A DNA stretch of 40,368 nucleotides from a virus. The notes beneath the pieces were generated by a model. It made no database searches, was not told where the DNA came from, and was given only the letters and a program-made list of their open reading frames with translations. Below, in pieces: positions 6,401-15,208 of this stretch; positions within the stretch are counted from its first letter, which is position 1, and every line of letters starts with the position of its first letter. A program made the translations under genes and the position numbers. The stretch lies in IMG/VR virus record IMGVR_UViG_3300045988_016556, positions 1 through 40,368 of that record; one strand, given 5' to 3'.

Positions 6401-8377
6401 ATGAAATCTTTTAACACTCAAACAGTCGCAAAAACTGGATTCACTAAAAGCAAAGCATTTGGATTGTGTGGCACACTTGCCATTGCTACAGCTTTATTGA
6501 TTGGGTCTGGCACAGTATCAGCAGACGAAACCACTCAACCAGTGGCGGACACACAACCAGCGGTAGCTAACATATACACGGCAGATAATGCCGGCAACGT
6601 TACGGTGACACCGTCTGAAACAGTGGCACCAGTAGAAACACCAGCGCCGGTTGAAGCGCAACCTATTGCGGAAACTCCAGCAACAGTCGAAACTACTCCA
6701 GCGGTTGCTACAGAAGCAGCACCAGTGGTAGAAACTCCAGCAACAACTACAGAAGTAGCTCAACCAGTAGCTGAAACGCCTAAACAGCCTACTGAATTTG
6801 TCAAAGAAGACAACGAAATTAAAGTAACTAATCCAGATGTTGTCGTTGACCAATCAAACGGAACTGGTAAATACAGTGGTTTTACAGTGGAATATAAAGA
6901 CGTTAAATTCCCAGATAGCATGCCTATCAACGAAGGGGATAAGGTAACATTCAACCTTCCAAAAGAAATCAACTTCCAAACAAACTATGATTTTGATGTC
7001 TATAACCCAGAAAAAGCTGTTGTTGGTAAGGCTTCAACTGACCCTAAGACACAAACAGTAACAACTGTATTTAACGATTACTTCAAGAACCATCCACTCA
7101 ATAAACAAATGTCATTGAAGCTCGATGCTAAGTGGACTGACAAGGTTGAAAGTGGCAAGCCAGTTAACGTTAATTTCAATGGTACAGTGGTTACTGTAAA
7201 TATTGGAAAAGAGCAAGAAATCGGTAAAGATGAATTGCTTTCTAAATGGGGTAGTCAAGACGAGAATGACCCAACTGTTATCAACTGGACTGCTCGTGTG
7301 AATTACGCTAAGAGAGTGCTCAACTATGTGACTATCATTGATGAAATGTCAGAGAATCAAAAGTTAGTTGATAACTACTTTGAAATTAAAAACATTGAAA
7401 GTGTTGATCCGTGGATTGACAAAGGCTCAGCTATGGACTTAGTTAAGTCTATCAGTAAGTCAGATCGTGGCTTTACTATCAAGATGGATCGCTTGGATCA
7501 CATGATCTACATCAACTATAAGACTAAGCTTGTTAACGCTGTCAAGGACTCAGTTAACCCAACGAACAAAATTGAGTTGAAAGCAGAAACAGATGGAGCT
7601 ACTTCGTATAGCTATGTGCAACTCGTAGGAGGAAAGGGTGATGCGAGCGGTGAAAATAAACCAGAACCTACATTTGAGATTCCTCGTGAAGCTCCAAAAG
7701 TTGACATTCCTGAATTTAACGGCGGCATCCCTGGTATTCCTGAAGAACGTGTGAAACCAGAATATACTGAGCCAATCGGAACTGTTCCGAATGATGCACC
7801 AGTGCTAGACAAACCAGAATGGAACGGTGGAACAGTACCGTTTGACGCCCCACAATATGATAAGCCTGAATGGAATGGTGGGGTAGTGCCAAACGATGCG
7901 CCAGTGTATGATAAACCATCAATCGACATTAACGACATCCCTTTGATGCCACCAGCTCCAGTCGTAGAAATTCCAGAATGGAATGGCGGAACTACTCCAT
8001 TCGATGCACCTAGCATTGATAAGCCAGAATGGTCTGGAGGTGTCGTACCATTTGATGCACCAGTTTTGGACTTGCCAGAGCTTGAAATTCCAGAGGAACC
8101 AACTAAACCAACACCAGAAAAACCTAGCACGCCAGAAAAAGCCCCTAAAACGAGCGTAGAGCGTCCTAATGACAAAGTGGCACAATCTACCACAGTGTCT
8201 TACAAGCTCGATTCTGAGCCAAAAGAGGTGGTAAATACGACAGTTTACGGCGGTGTTCTCCCTAACACTGGTGAAAAAGAGGGCATCATGTCAACTCTTG
8301 GGCTTGTGGTTATCGCTGCAGGCATCACAACTTTGGGATTGAGCTTCAAGAAGTACAACGAAGGTGAGGAAGAATAA
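6401..8377 (+). CDS. YSIRK-type signal / LPXTG cell-wall-anchored surface adhesin with a Cna-like (collagen-binding MSCRAMM-like) A region and proline-rich repeats
   Basis: Start at ATG 6401 with AAGGAG at 6387-6392. The signal peptide is MKSFNTQTVAKTGFTKSKAFGLCGTLAIATALLIGSGTVSADE. The A-region segments VTTVFNDYFKNH...LKLDAKW and VINWTARVNYAKRVLNYVTIIDEMSENQKL resemble Cna/Ace-type adhesins. LPNTGE (8258-8275) is followed by a hydrophobic segment and a KKYNEGEEE tail. Confidence 0.85.
   Translation: MKSFNTQTVAKTGFTKSKAFGLCGTLAIATALLIGSGTVSADETTQPVADTQPAVANIYTADNAGNVTVTPSETVAPVETPAPVEAQPIAETPATVETTPAVATEAAPVVETPATTTEVAQPVAETPKQPTEFVKEDNEIKVTNPDVVVDQSNGTGKYSGFTVEYKDVKFPDSMPINEGDKVTFNLPKEINFQTNYDFDVYNPEKAVVGKASTDPKTQTVTTVFNDYFKNHPLNKQMSLKLDAKWTDKVESGKPVNVNFNGTVVTVNIGKEQEIGKDELLSKWGSQDENDPTVINWTARVNYAKRVLNYVTIIDEMSENQKLVDNYFEIKNIESVDPWIDKGSAMDLVKSISKSDRGFTIKMDRLDHMIYINYKTKLVNAVKDSVNPTNKIELKAETDGATSYSYVQLVGGKGDASGENKPEPTFEIPREAPKVDIPEFNGGIPGIPEERVKPEYTEPIGTVPNDAPVLDKPEWNGGTVPFDAPQYDKPEWNGGVVPNDAPVYDKPSIDINDIPLMPPAPVVEIPEWNGGTTPFDAPSIDKPEWSGGVVPFDAPVLDLPELEIPEEPTKPTPEKPSTPEKAPKTSVERPNDKVAQSTTVSYKLDSEPKEVVNTTVYGGVLPNTGEKEGIMSTLGLVVIAAGITTLGLSFKKYNEGEEE
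7706..8071 (+). repeat. About 17-aa proline-rich repeats KPEWNGG(V/T)VP(F/N)DAPxxD within the adhesin
   Basis: There are four clean copies (KPEWNGGTVPFDAPQYD, KPEWNGGVVPNDAPVYD, IPEWNGGTTPFDAPSID, KPEWSGGVVPFDAPVLD) and two degenerate copies, read from the translation. Confidence 0.8.
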
Positions 8378-8379
8378 TC

Positions 8380-8700
8380 ATGAAACTAACAGAAACACAA
8401 GTCGTATTTTACAATGCTGAAAAAGATGGATTTCTTGAAAAATACAAAGACAGAGGCACCCTAGCATTTGAAGCAGGTTATACTACCGAATTAAGACGTG
8501 CACTAGTCCTGCCGTTCTGCCCGTATGAAAAACAAAAAGACGAGTTCGACAAACTTGCTGATACATTTGGCTGCGAAGTGCTTAATGTGGAAGTTGAATA
8601 CAACGTAACTAAACTTGACGGTTCGGACTTTGAACGCCCAGAGCGTGAAGGATCCTTGAAGAATGGAATCGAAGCGCTTATGGAATTATTGACTAATTAA
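8380..8700 (+). CDS. Hypothetical early protein (106 aa)
   Basis: The ORF starts 2 nt after the adhesin stop. I recognise no family. Confidence 0.6.
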   Translation: MKLTETQVVFYNAEKDGFLEKYKDRGTLAFEAGYTTELRRALVLPFCPYEKQKDEFDKLADTFGCEVLNVEVEYNVTKLDGSDFERPEREGSLKNGIEALMELLTN

Positions 8701-8738
8701 CAAATTAAGCAGTGGTGGGAGGGTAGGCATTAAACGAC

Positions 8739-8921
8739 ATGGAGCAAGAAATTTACAACGTCGAAAACCGTTGGCGGAACAAGTACATGAATTTAGGTCG
8801 CGAGTTGGGCGAGATTATCAACAGCCAACAAGACAGAATCTTGTCGCTATCTCAAGAAAACAACAAGCTCAAACGGGAGAATTGGAACCTAAAAAAGTCA
8901 AAAGGCAGGAAACGGCTTTAA
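8739..8921 (+). CDS. Hypothetical small coiled-coil protein (60 aa)
   Basis: Open frame with charged heptad-like content. The SD is distant, and a competing overlapping frame exists at 8771-8968. Confidence 0.35.
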   Translation: MEQEIYNVENRWRNKYMNLGRELGEIINSQQDRILSLSQENNKLKRENWNLKKSKGRKRL

Positions 8922-9026
8922 AATCGCTTGTAACCGTCTTAAATAATCTAGTGGCACAATTACACTAGAGAAACGGCAAATAACCCCCAAAATTTGAGAA
9001 TTAGGGGCATTTAAAAAGGATATGAC

Positions 9027-9719
9027 ATGGAAAATATGACATTCACAGAGTTGCAGCAAAAAATGCAACTTGAAAAAAAGAAAGAGGGTACAGCTAAGTA
9101 CGCTTCAAGGCACGTCGAGGACATTTACAACTTCTTTAAAAGTTTGAAATCAAATTGGAGCGTTGTCGTCAACTATGATCTAGTCGAATTTTCTGGCAAG
9201 ACTTTTGTCAAAGCTACTGCAACGGCGTCTAACCGAGAGGAAAAAGAGCAAGCAGTAGCTTTCGCAGAATTGTCTCCGGTACCTATTTTGAAAACTCGTA
9301 ACGGTGATTTAAAACAAATGAACGAGCCGCAATGGGTGGGAGCCGTGCAATCATACGCCGGCAAGTACGCCGTGCAAGCGCTGTTTGCAATCGGTGAGGA
9401 AGATGTGGACCATTTTGAAGTGGCGGAGGAAAGTTTGAGGCCAAACCAACCTCACAACTCCAATCAAAACCAGCACCCGCAACAAGTACGCTACGAGTCA
9501 AGAATCGACCAACAACCTAACTTCATCAGCAATGAGCAACATGACACAATCATGCAACTAATCAATGAATTGGCTCTAATTACTGGGCAATCAGTTGAAA
9601 CAGTAGCTAATTACTATTTGAAGAAGTACAAACTCAACGATTTCCATGAGGTACTAGTGCCAGGATTCGACGTGGTAACTAACGACATTCAAGGGCAAAT
9701 CTACCAACGAAAGGGATAG
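9027..9719 (+). CDS. ERF-family single-strand annealing protein
   Basis: 230 aa. The segment QWVGAVQSYAGKYAVQALFAIGEEDVD resembles the conserved ERF core. The gene lies upstream of the DUF1351-like gene and SSB, as in many streptococcal phages. Confidence 0.6.
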   Translation: MENMTFTELQQKMQLEKKKEGTAKYASRHVEDIYNFFKSLKSNWSVVVNYDLVEFSGKTFVKATATASNREEKEQAVAFAELSPVPILKTRNGDLKQMNEPQWVGAVQSYAGKYAVQALFAIGEEDVDHFEVAEESLRPNQPHNSNQNQHPQQVRYESRIDQQPNFISNEQHDTIMQLINELALITGQSVETVANYYLKKYKLNDFHEVLVPGFDVVTNDIQGQIYQRKG

Positions 9720-9722
9720 AAC

Positions 9723-10694
9723 ATGAAGGACGTAACAAATAATTTTTTAGAAACAATCGAACCAATCTATACGCCGGGGACAATTAATTTTGATTTTGAC
9801 AAATTCGATGCAGCTATCCAAGCGGCAGTTAGCGAGCTATCAGATGAACAACTGGACAAACTTGAATATAACGATGTCTTAAAAGAAATCACACGCTTCA
9901 AAGGGCTTGGCGACAAACTTGACGATAAGCGTAAGGAAATCGGAAAAATCTACAAAGACCCACTCACTGAGTTTGAATCTAAACTAGCGACTTCACTAGA
10001 GCCATTGAATGCACTTCTTGACAAACTACGTGCTAAACGTGATGAAGTCAAAGAACACAAAAAAACGCTACGAATTGACCACGTTAGATCAGTTTTTGAA
10101 AGCAAATGCGAGCTAGCCGGACTAGATAAGGACACATTCAAGGACAAGTACGAGAGCTTTTCTAAAGTCGGGGATTTCATGGATAAGAAAATGAAGCTCA
10201 AAAAAGCGACTGAGGAAAAGATTGACGCCCTTGTTTTAGCTGAATATGACCAACTTGAGGAATACAAGGCCAACGTTGCCATGATTGAGGAACAAGCCCT
10301 TGACTATGAATTACCAGCGGAGCCATACACTAGAGCATTGCAGAACGGCACACCTCTAGTTGAAGTCTTGCAACAAATGAAAAAAGACCGAGATGCAGCT
10401 ATTGAACGCAAGCAACAAGCGGAAGCTAAACAAAAAGCAGAAGCGGCACGCCTAGCAGAAATTGAAGCATTGGCCCAGCAGTCAGCGAACGAGGAAATCA
10501 AGGCGGTAAATGCTGAAACTGGTGAAGTTATCGAAGACACTAAACCAGTCGAGGAAGTGCCTAGCAAACCCGCTGAACCTTACAAGGTCAATCTTGTTCT
10601 TACGTTCCACGGTGGAGAAAACCAATGGCATCAATTCGCTAAGCTGTTGGATGACAACTTTGTAAATTATGAAATTCTAGGAGAAAATCAATGA
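9723..10694 (+). CDS. DUF1351-like recombination-module protein (coiled coil)
   Basis: 323 aa, E/K/A-rich. Its position between ERF and SSB is typical for DUF1351 proteins. The family call is from memory. Confidence 0.5.
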   Translation: MKDVTNNFLETIEPIYTPGTINFDFDKFDAAIQAAVSELSDEQLDKLEYNDVLKEITRFKGLGDKLDDKRKEIGKIYKDPLTEFESKLATSLEPLNALLDKLRAKRDEVKEHKKTLRIDHVRSVFESKCELAGLDKDTFKDKYESFSKVGDFMDKKMKLKKATEEKIDALVLAEYDQLEEYKANVAMIEEQALDYELPAEPYTRALQNGTPLVEVLQQMKKDRDAAIERKQQAEAKQKAEAARLAEIEALAQQSANEEIKAVNAETGEVIEDTKPVEEVPSKPAEPYKVNLVLTFHGGENQWHQFAKLLDDNFVNYEILGENQ

Positions 10695-11212
10695 TCAATT
10701 CGACCGTACTCGTTGGGCGCTTAACTCGTGACCCAGAACTAAAATACACGACCAGCAATATTGCAGTAGCTACATTTAGCCTAGCGGTTAACCGTAACTT
10801 CAAGGACGCTAACGGCGAACGTGAAACAGACTTTATCAACTGCGTTATCTGGCGTCAGCAAGCTGAAAATTTGGCGAATTGGGCTAAAAAGGGAGCGTTG
10901 ATTGGAATCACTGGACGCATCCAGACCCGTAGCTACGAGAATCAGCAAGGTCAACGCGTCTATGTGACTGAGGTTGTCGCTGAGAACTTCCAAATGTTGG
11001 AAAGCCGTGCAGCGCGTGAAGGGAGTAGCGCAAGTCAAGGCAACAATTTCCAAAACGGGAACGGTCAAGGTGGATACAACCAACAGCCAAGCAATCAAGG
11101 CTACCAGCAACAACCGAACTTTGGGCGCAACGACCAAGTGCAGTCGCACGCTGCGAATACTACATGGCAAGGCGATCCGCTAGATATCGATGAAGACAGC
11201 CTTCCGTTCTAG
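10691..11212 (+). CDS. ssb: Single-stranded DNA-binding protein
   Basis: OB-fold N-terminus [20 protein letters not shown]...[12 protein letters not shown], a G/Q/N-rich linker, and an acidic tail DIDEDSLPF. Confidence 0.95.
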   Translation: MINSTVLVGRLTRDPELKYTTSNIAVATFSLAVNRNFKDANGERETDFINCVIWRQQAENLANWAKKGALIGITGRIQTRSYENQQGQRVYVTEVVAENFQMLESRAAREGSSASQGNNFQNGNGQGGYNQQPSNQGYQQQPNFGRNDQVQSHAANTTWQGDPLDIDEDSLPF

Positions 11213-11226
11213 GAAAGAGGTGGCGC

Positions 11227-11775
11227 ATGGGGTTTAAACCAATTAAAGGGTACGAGGGTATCTATGAAGCGTGTTCCGATGGCACAATTTGGTCGAGTGA
11301 AGGCAAAGTGACTTATAGTAATTGGCACGGAAAGATTAGGAAGCGCGTCTGGAAGCGTAGAGAAATCAAGCCGCAGATACAAAAGCGAGTAAGAAGCGCA
11401 CACAGCGACAAGCGGGTGAAGTTATGGAAAAACGGCGTGGTAAAAACACATCTTGTAAGTAGACTAATAGCCACTGCATTTATTCCCAACCCAGAAAATA
11501 AAGGTTTTGTTAACCACAAAAACGGAAACCCGCTAGACAACTCAGTTAAAAACCTTGAGTGGGTGACTAGGGCGGAAAATCAATTACACGCTTTTAAAAC
11601 GGGGTTAATGAGCACAAACAAAAAAGTTACCTTGAAAGACCTATCAAATGGTGCAGAGTACCGCTTTAACAGCTTGGCAGATGCCAGTCGTTTTCTCGGT
11701 ATGAATCATGGTTTTCTAAGTAACAGACTGAAAAGAGGTAAGGGAGTGGATGGATATGAAGTGGAATTGGTCTAA
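11227..11775 (+). CDS. HNH homing endonuclease (NUMOD4-like N-terminus + HNH_3)
   Basis: Motifs FKPIKGYEGIYEACSDGTIWS and VNHKNGNPLDNSVKNLEWVTRAENQLHA. The gene is inserted between ssb and rusA. Confidence 0.85.
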   Translation: MGFKPIKGYEGIYEACSDGTIWSSEGKVTYSNWHGKIRKRVWKRREIKPQIQKRVRSAHSDKRVKLWKNGVVKTHLVSRLIATAFIPNPENKGFVNHKNGNPLDNSVKNLEWVTRAENQLHAFKTGLMSTNKKVTLKDLSNGAEYRFNSLADASRFLGMNHGFLSNRLKRGKGVDGYEVELV

Positions 11776-11784
11776 GGTGAAGCT

Positions 11785-12246
11785 ATGAAAATGATTTTAA
11801 ACATCGAACCTAAACCACAAACAAGGCCACGATTTAGCAAGTTTGGAACTTATGAAGACCCCAAAATGAAAGCGTGGCGTCGTCAGTGCTCGCAACTTAT
11901 CGAGCAAGAATACGACGGACAATTCTTTGACGGACCGATTATGGTTGATGTCACTTTCTACATGAAAGCCCCGCTGAACGTATCAAAAAAGCCTACGCCA
12001 AAGGCTAGAGCTAAAACGTGGGACAGATTCAAGAAATTCACAGCTGAAAGACTTTGGCATGCTAAAAAACCCGACGTTGACAATCTGGTAAAAGCGCTCT
12101 TTGATAGCATTTCAAACGCTGGATACAACAAAGTGGATAAAAAAGGGATTGTTTGGACGGATGACAGTATTGTTTGTGGTTTAATAGCTCGCAAGAAGTA
12201 CAGTCCTAACCCACGCATTGAATTAGAAATCAAGGAGCTCGGATGA
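11785..12246 (+). CDS. rusA: RusA-family Holliday junction resolvase
   Basis: 153 aa. N-terminal PKPQTRPRF and the conserved KPDVDNLVKALFDSI motif. Confidence 0.85.
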   Translation: MKMILNIEPKPQTRPRFSKFGTYEDPKMKAWRRQCSQLIEQEYDGQFFDGPIMVDVTFYMKAPLNVSKKPTPKARAKTWDRFKKFTAERLWHAKKPDVDNLVKALFDSISNAGYNKVDKKGIVWTDDSIVCGLIARKKYSPNPRIELEIKELG

Positions 12247-12479
12247 ATAGCAGATATAAAGACAAGCTAGTCGGTGTATACGCTCCAGGCAATTATGACC
12301 ACACAAGCGTATTAGGTCAAACGCAAGAGTTTTCGAGATGGTTCTGGGCTAATCGTAAGGACATGGAGCTTATCAGCGTCAAGTTAGGTGTCGACGTAAA
12401 AAAGCTAAATCGTATACTAACACTAGAGCAGTTACCGGATGAGGACTTGTTGAGAAAGATGGTGGAATTATGCAAGTAA
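12243..12479 (+). CDS. Hypothetical protein (78 aa)
   Basis: The ORF overlaps the rusA stop (ATGA). No family recognised. Confidence 0.55.
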   Translation: MNSRYKDKLVGVYAPGNYDHTSVLGQTQEFSRWFWANRKDMELISVKLGVDVKKLNRILTLEQLPDEDLLRKMVELCK

Positions 12480-12640
12480 AGGAATATGCCTTATATAAGG
12501 GCGAGGAACTACTGGCAATGGGAACTAAGCGTGAGATAGCTGAACAACTAGGTGTGTCAGTTAACTCAATCAGTCACTATGGTACACCAGTATATGCTAG
12601 AAGAACCAGCGAGAACGGAAGGAGATTAGTTAAGTTATGA
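12470..12640 (+). CDS. Small hypothetical protein with HTH-like segment (56 aa)
   Basis: ATG at 12470. The product reads MQVKEYALYKGEELLAMGTKREIAEQLGVSVNSISHY.... It falls below the ORF-track cutoff. Its stop overlaps the next start. Confidence 0.45.
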   Translation: MQVKEYALYKGEELLAMGTKREIAEQLGVSVNSISHYGTPVYARRTSENGRRLVKL

Positions 12641-12795
12641 AATATGCGGTAGTAGTGTATTACGACAACATGGAAGACAGTGTCCATGTATTCAACGATA
12701 AGAACGACGCTATCAATGAATTGCACCGCCTAAGAGGTGTTAAATATCGTAATTCGAAGAAGTATACAGTGGAGTTAGTTGAATGCGGTGGATAG
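12637..12795 (+). CDS. Small hypothetical protein (52 aa)
   Basis: ATGA overlap with the previous ORF. The product reads MKYAVVVYYDNMEDSVHVFNDKNDAINELHRLRG.... Confidence 0.4.
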   Translation: MKYAVVVYYDNMEDSVHVFNDKNDAINELHRLRGVKYRNSKKYTVELVECGG

Positions 12796-12944
12796 TAAGA
12801 GTGGCGCGAAATATGGATGATGTGAAAGAGTGCTATTTCACCGACAGGGAGAAAGCACTGGAACGCATTGAGATATTGAAGCGTTTGAGTTTAGCAGTGG
12901 GTGATGTCACTGTTTGGATGGAGGAAATTGACGATGATGAATAA
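12783..12944 (+). CDS. Small hypothetical protein (53 aa)
   Basis: ATG at 12783 overlaps the previous ORF. The product reads MRWIVRVARNMDDVKECYFTDREKALERIEILKRL.... Confidence 0.4.
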   Translation: MRWIVRVARNMDDVKECYFTDREKALERIEILKRLSLAVGDVTVWMEEIDDDE

Positions 12945-13428
12945 GGATGAAGCAGTACAGAAACTAGCAACAGCAGGACGCCTTTCAATAGCCCATGCAG
13001 AAGACTTATATGATTCGCTCTTCCCTAAGCCAGTCGTACCGCAGTATGTTGCGGACTGGTATGAGGAACATAAGGGTAATATCGATTATGGCTTTTGGGA
13101 GTACCTTGTGGATTGGGAACAACAAGAACCTAACGACTTTAAGAATTGGGTCAGCAGAGAGTACAACACAATAACAACCCTCGCCAACATGCACCAGTTT
13201 GGCTACGAGGTGGAGGAAGAGAAGCGGTATACAGTTATGATAAAAGCTGTTCTTGGTCAGTATTTGGGAAGATATTACCTGAATGACGAGGAACTGACAC
13301 CTCAATTCTCAAGAACACAATTTACATTAGATGGAGAACGTCCGACCTTCACCCGCAAAGAGCTAGAAAATGCTGGGTTTGGTTGGGTTTTCAACTGCGA
13401 GGGCATTGAAATCGAGGAGGTGGAATAG
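12934..13428 (+). CDS. Hypothetical protein (possibly DUF1642-like)
   Basis: Start moved to ATG 12934 (MMNKDEAVQKL), with GGAGGA 8 nt upstream. The family call is from memory and weak. Confidence 0.55.
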   Translation: MMNKDEAVQKLATAGRLSIAHAEDLYDSLFPKPVVPQYVADWYEEHKGNIDYGFWEYLVDWEQQEPNDFKNWVSREYNTITTLANMHQFGYEVEEEKRYTVMIKAVLGQYLGRYYLNDEELTPQFSRTQFTLDGERPTFTRKELENAGFGWVFNCEGIEIEEVE

Positions 13429-13647
13429 ATGGCTAAATTTATCAAAATAAACACACTATACCGTGGTTTCATTGAAGAAAGAATTTTGAACGTGGACGAT
13501 ATCTCAAATATACACATCGGGGCCAATATGATTTCCATGAGAACTCCATTTTTAGATGGCTCAAATAATTTATCGGTGACAGAAGAAACCATCAAGAAGT
13601 TAGAAAAAGTTTTAGAAGTGGTAGAGGTGGACGATGGAAACGATTAA
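13429..13647 (+). CDS. Hypothetical protein (72 aa)
   Basis: The ORF starts immediately after the previous stop. No family recognised. Confidence 0.55.
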   Translation: MAKFIKINTLYRGFIEERILNVDDISNIHIGANMISMRTPFLDGSNNLSVTEETIKKLEKVLEVVEVDDGND

Positions 13648-13708
13648 AGCTATTTTGATGGTCGTAGCTGCGGTTTACGCTTGGCGCACATTGTTTGGAG
13701 GTGACTGA
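13634..13708 (+). CDS. Possible 24-aa hydrophobic micro-protein
   Basis: The product is METIKAILMVVAAVYAWRTLFGGD. GAGG lies upstream. The ORF overlaps both neighbours, and its stop overlaps ATG 13708. Confidence 0.25.
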   Translation: METIKAILMVVAAVYAWRTLFGGD

Positions 13709-14133
13709 TGAATAATCTAATCAATAAAATTAACCAATGGGCTATTAGCCACGGGCTAGACAAGGGCAATCCTAAAATCGAATGGATGAAGGTTACTGAA
13801 GAAGTGGGCGAGATTCGAGACGTGTTTCTAAAACCGCATGATTTCGTTGATCCAGAATGGTCGTTAAAAGATGCTATAGGCGATTCTATCGTAACGCTAA
13901 TAGTTTTATGCTTGCAATTAAGCTACGACGTCGAAGAGTGCCTCACAATAGCTTATAACGATATTAAAGACAGAAAGGGAGTAATGATTGATGACAACTT
14001 TGTCAAAACCAAAACGAGACAACCAGCTAACGATAGCCACGATTCTACTACTGGTCTCACTGGCCATCAACGTAACGGCTGTACTACGAGTAGCCAACCG
14101 ACCTATCGAGACGGTGGTTATCCACAAGGCTGA
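13708..14133 (+). CDS. MazG-like nucleotide pyrophosphohydrolase with an atypical C-terminal extension
   Basis: Motifs VTEEVGEIRDVF and AIGDSIVTLIVLCLQLSYDVEECL fit the all-alpha NTP-PPase pattern. The last 45 or so residues are low complexity and overlap the next gene. Confidence 0.6.
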   Translation: MNNLINKINQWAISHGLDKGNPKIEWMKVTEEVGEIRDVFLKPHDFVDPEWSLKDAIGDSIVTLIVLCLQLSYDVEECLTIAYNDIKDRKGVMIDDNFVKTKTRQPANDSHDSTTGLTGHQRNGCTTSSQPTYRDGGYPQG

Positions 14134-14299
14134 CAATGCAGTGGAATTACATGGCAAGGTTACTGGAAAATCTATGGTCGGTAAGCTCTACACTATTGAT
14201 TGTGGGGCTTACGGGAAATTCCTTGTAAGCAAGGAACAGTACGATGCGGTAAACGTTGGGGATGATATTCCTAGCTATCTGAAAGGGAGAGGGCAATGA
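13991..14299 (+). CDS. Small membrane-anchored hypothetical protein
   Basis: ATG at 13991 (or TTG at 13988), with GGGAG upstream. The N-terminal TM segment is LTIATILLLVSLAINVTAVL. Confidence 0.5.
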   Translation: MTTLSKPKRDNQLTIATILLLVSLAINVTAVLRVANRPIETVVIHKADNAVELHGKVTGKSMVGKLYTIDCGAYGKFLVSKEQYDAVNVGDDIPSYLKGRGQ

Positions 14300-14688
14300 T
14301 ACCAAAATTTAGAGCTTATGATGGCGGCTCGCTATGCCGCATGTACAGTCCAGAAGAAGTAATGGTTAGCAATGGCGACATTTGGATTATTGATGAGGAT
14401 GGCGTTGCTGGTGAATGGATTGTGAATAACGATCTATCTCTAATGCAATCAACAGGACTAACCGACAAGAATGGCAAAGAAATCTTCGAAGGGGATATTC
14501 TTGGTACGGATGGGGGATTGTTGGATGGTGTAGTCGAGTACAGAACTGATTTAGGTATGTGGACGAATAGTTTGTTTAGATATAATAATTTTGAACGGCT
14601 ATGCTGCATAGCTAATTCAAGAGAAATTATCGGGAATATATGGGAGAACGGTGAGTTACTTGACGGTGAAAATACAGAAGAAAATTGA
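14296..14688 (+). CDS. YopX-family protein
   Basis: N-terminal MIPKFRAYD, then QSTGLTDKNGKEIFEGDIL and a C-terminal IIGNIWENGELL, which is typical of YopX. Confidence 0.8.
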   Translation: MIPKFRAYDGGSLCRMYSPEEVMVSNGDIWIIDEDGVAGEWIVNNDLSLMQSTGLTDKNGKEIFEGDILGTDGGLLDGVVEYRTDLGMWTNSLFRYNNFERLCCIANSREIIGNIWENGELLDGENTEEN

Positions 14689-15208
14689 GTTCGACAATGA
14701 ATGTAAGTGTCTTGTTGATTATTCTGAATTAGAAAAGGCAATTCTGTGGTATCAGAAAAAACCTTCTTTAAGCAAGAAAAAAATATATTTGCACGGTCAC
14801 TACCCTGCCGTTTCAATCCATAACGAAAAGATTCATGTGCACAGGCTTTTAATGCAATATTGGCTAAGAACAAGAATTCCATTTGAATATAGCGTGCATC
14901 ATTTGAATGAGAATAAGTTGGATGCAAGAAAAGAAAATTTATCTTTGATATTGAATAAAGCTCATAATAGCAAACATAATAAAGGACGTGTTTTTTCAGA
15001 GTCTCACAGGAGAAAAATAAGCATGGCAAATCATAATAGAAAAGGCTTAAAAATGAAAAAGCGCATTTCAATCCCATTGGAAGAGTTAAAAACATTCTTG
15101 GTCGAAGGTAAATCAATAAATTGGATTGCATCACATTACGGGTGCGATTGGTCAACTATTAGAAATAGAATCTACGAGAATCCGGAACTATTAGAGGTGA
15201 TCTCATGA
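14651..15208 (+). CDS. HNH endonuclease with C-terminal HTH
   Basis: Motifs HVHRLLMQYW...VHHLNENKLDARKENL, and C-terminal GKSINWIASHYGCDWSTIRNRI. The GTG start is uncertain. Confidence 0.7.
   Translation: MSYLTVKIQKKIEFDNECKCLVDYSELEKAILWYQKKPSLSKKKIYLHGHYPAVSIHNEKIHVHRLLMQYWLRTRIPFEYSVHHLNENKLDARKENLSLILNKAHNSKHNKGRVFSESHRRKISMANHNRKGLKMKKRISIPLEELKTFLVEGKSINWIASHYGCDWSTIRNRIYENPELLEVIS

Noticed and set aside
7612-8193. 193-aa and smaller minus-strand ORFs across the adhesin repeat region and spacer (also 6518-6972)
   Set aside because: They are antisense to a gene with a coherent signal peptide, domain, repeat and LPXTG architecture. Open frames here arise from the repetitive proline and threonine codons.
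14316-15155. 279-aa minus-strand ORF
   Set aside because: It lies antisense to two plus-strand genes with clear family motifs (YopX and HNH). Its translation is S/L/F/P-rich junk with no SD, and it is typical of a chance open frame in AT-rich sequence.
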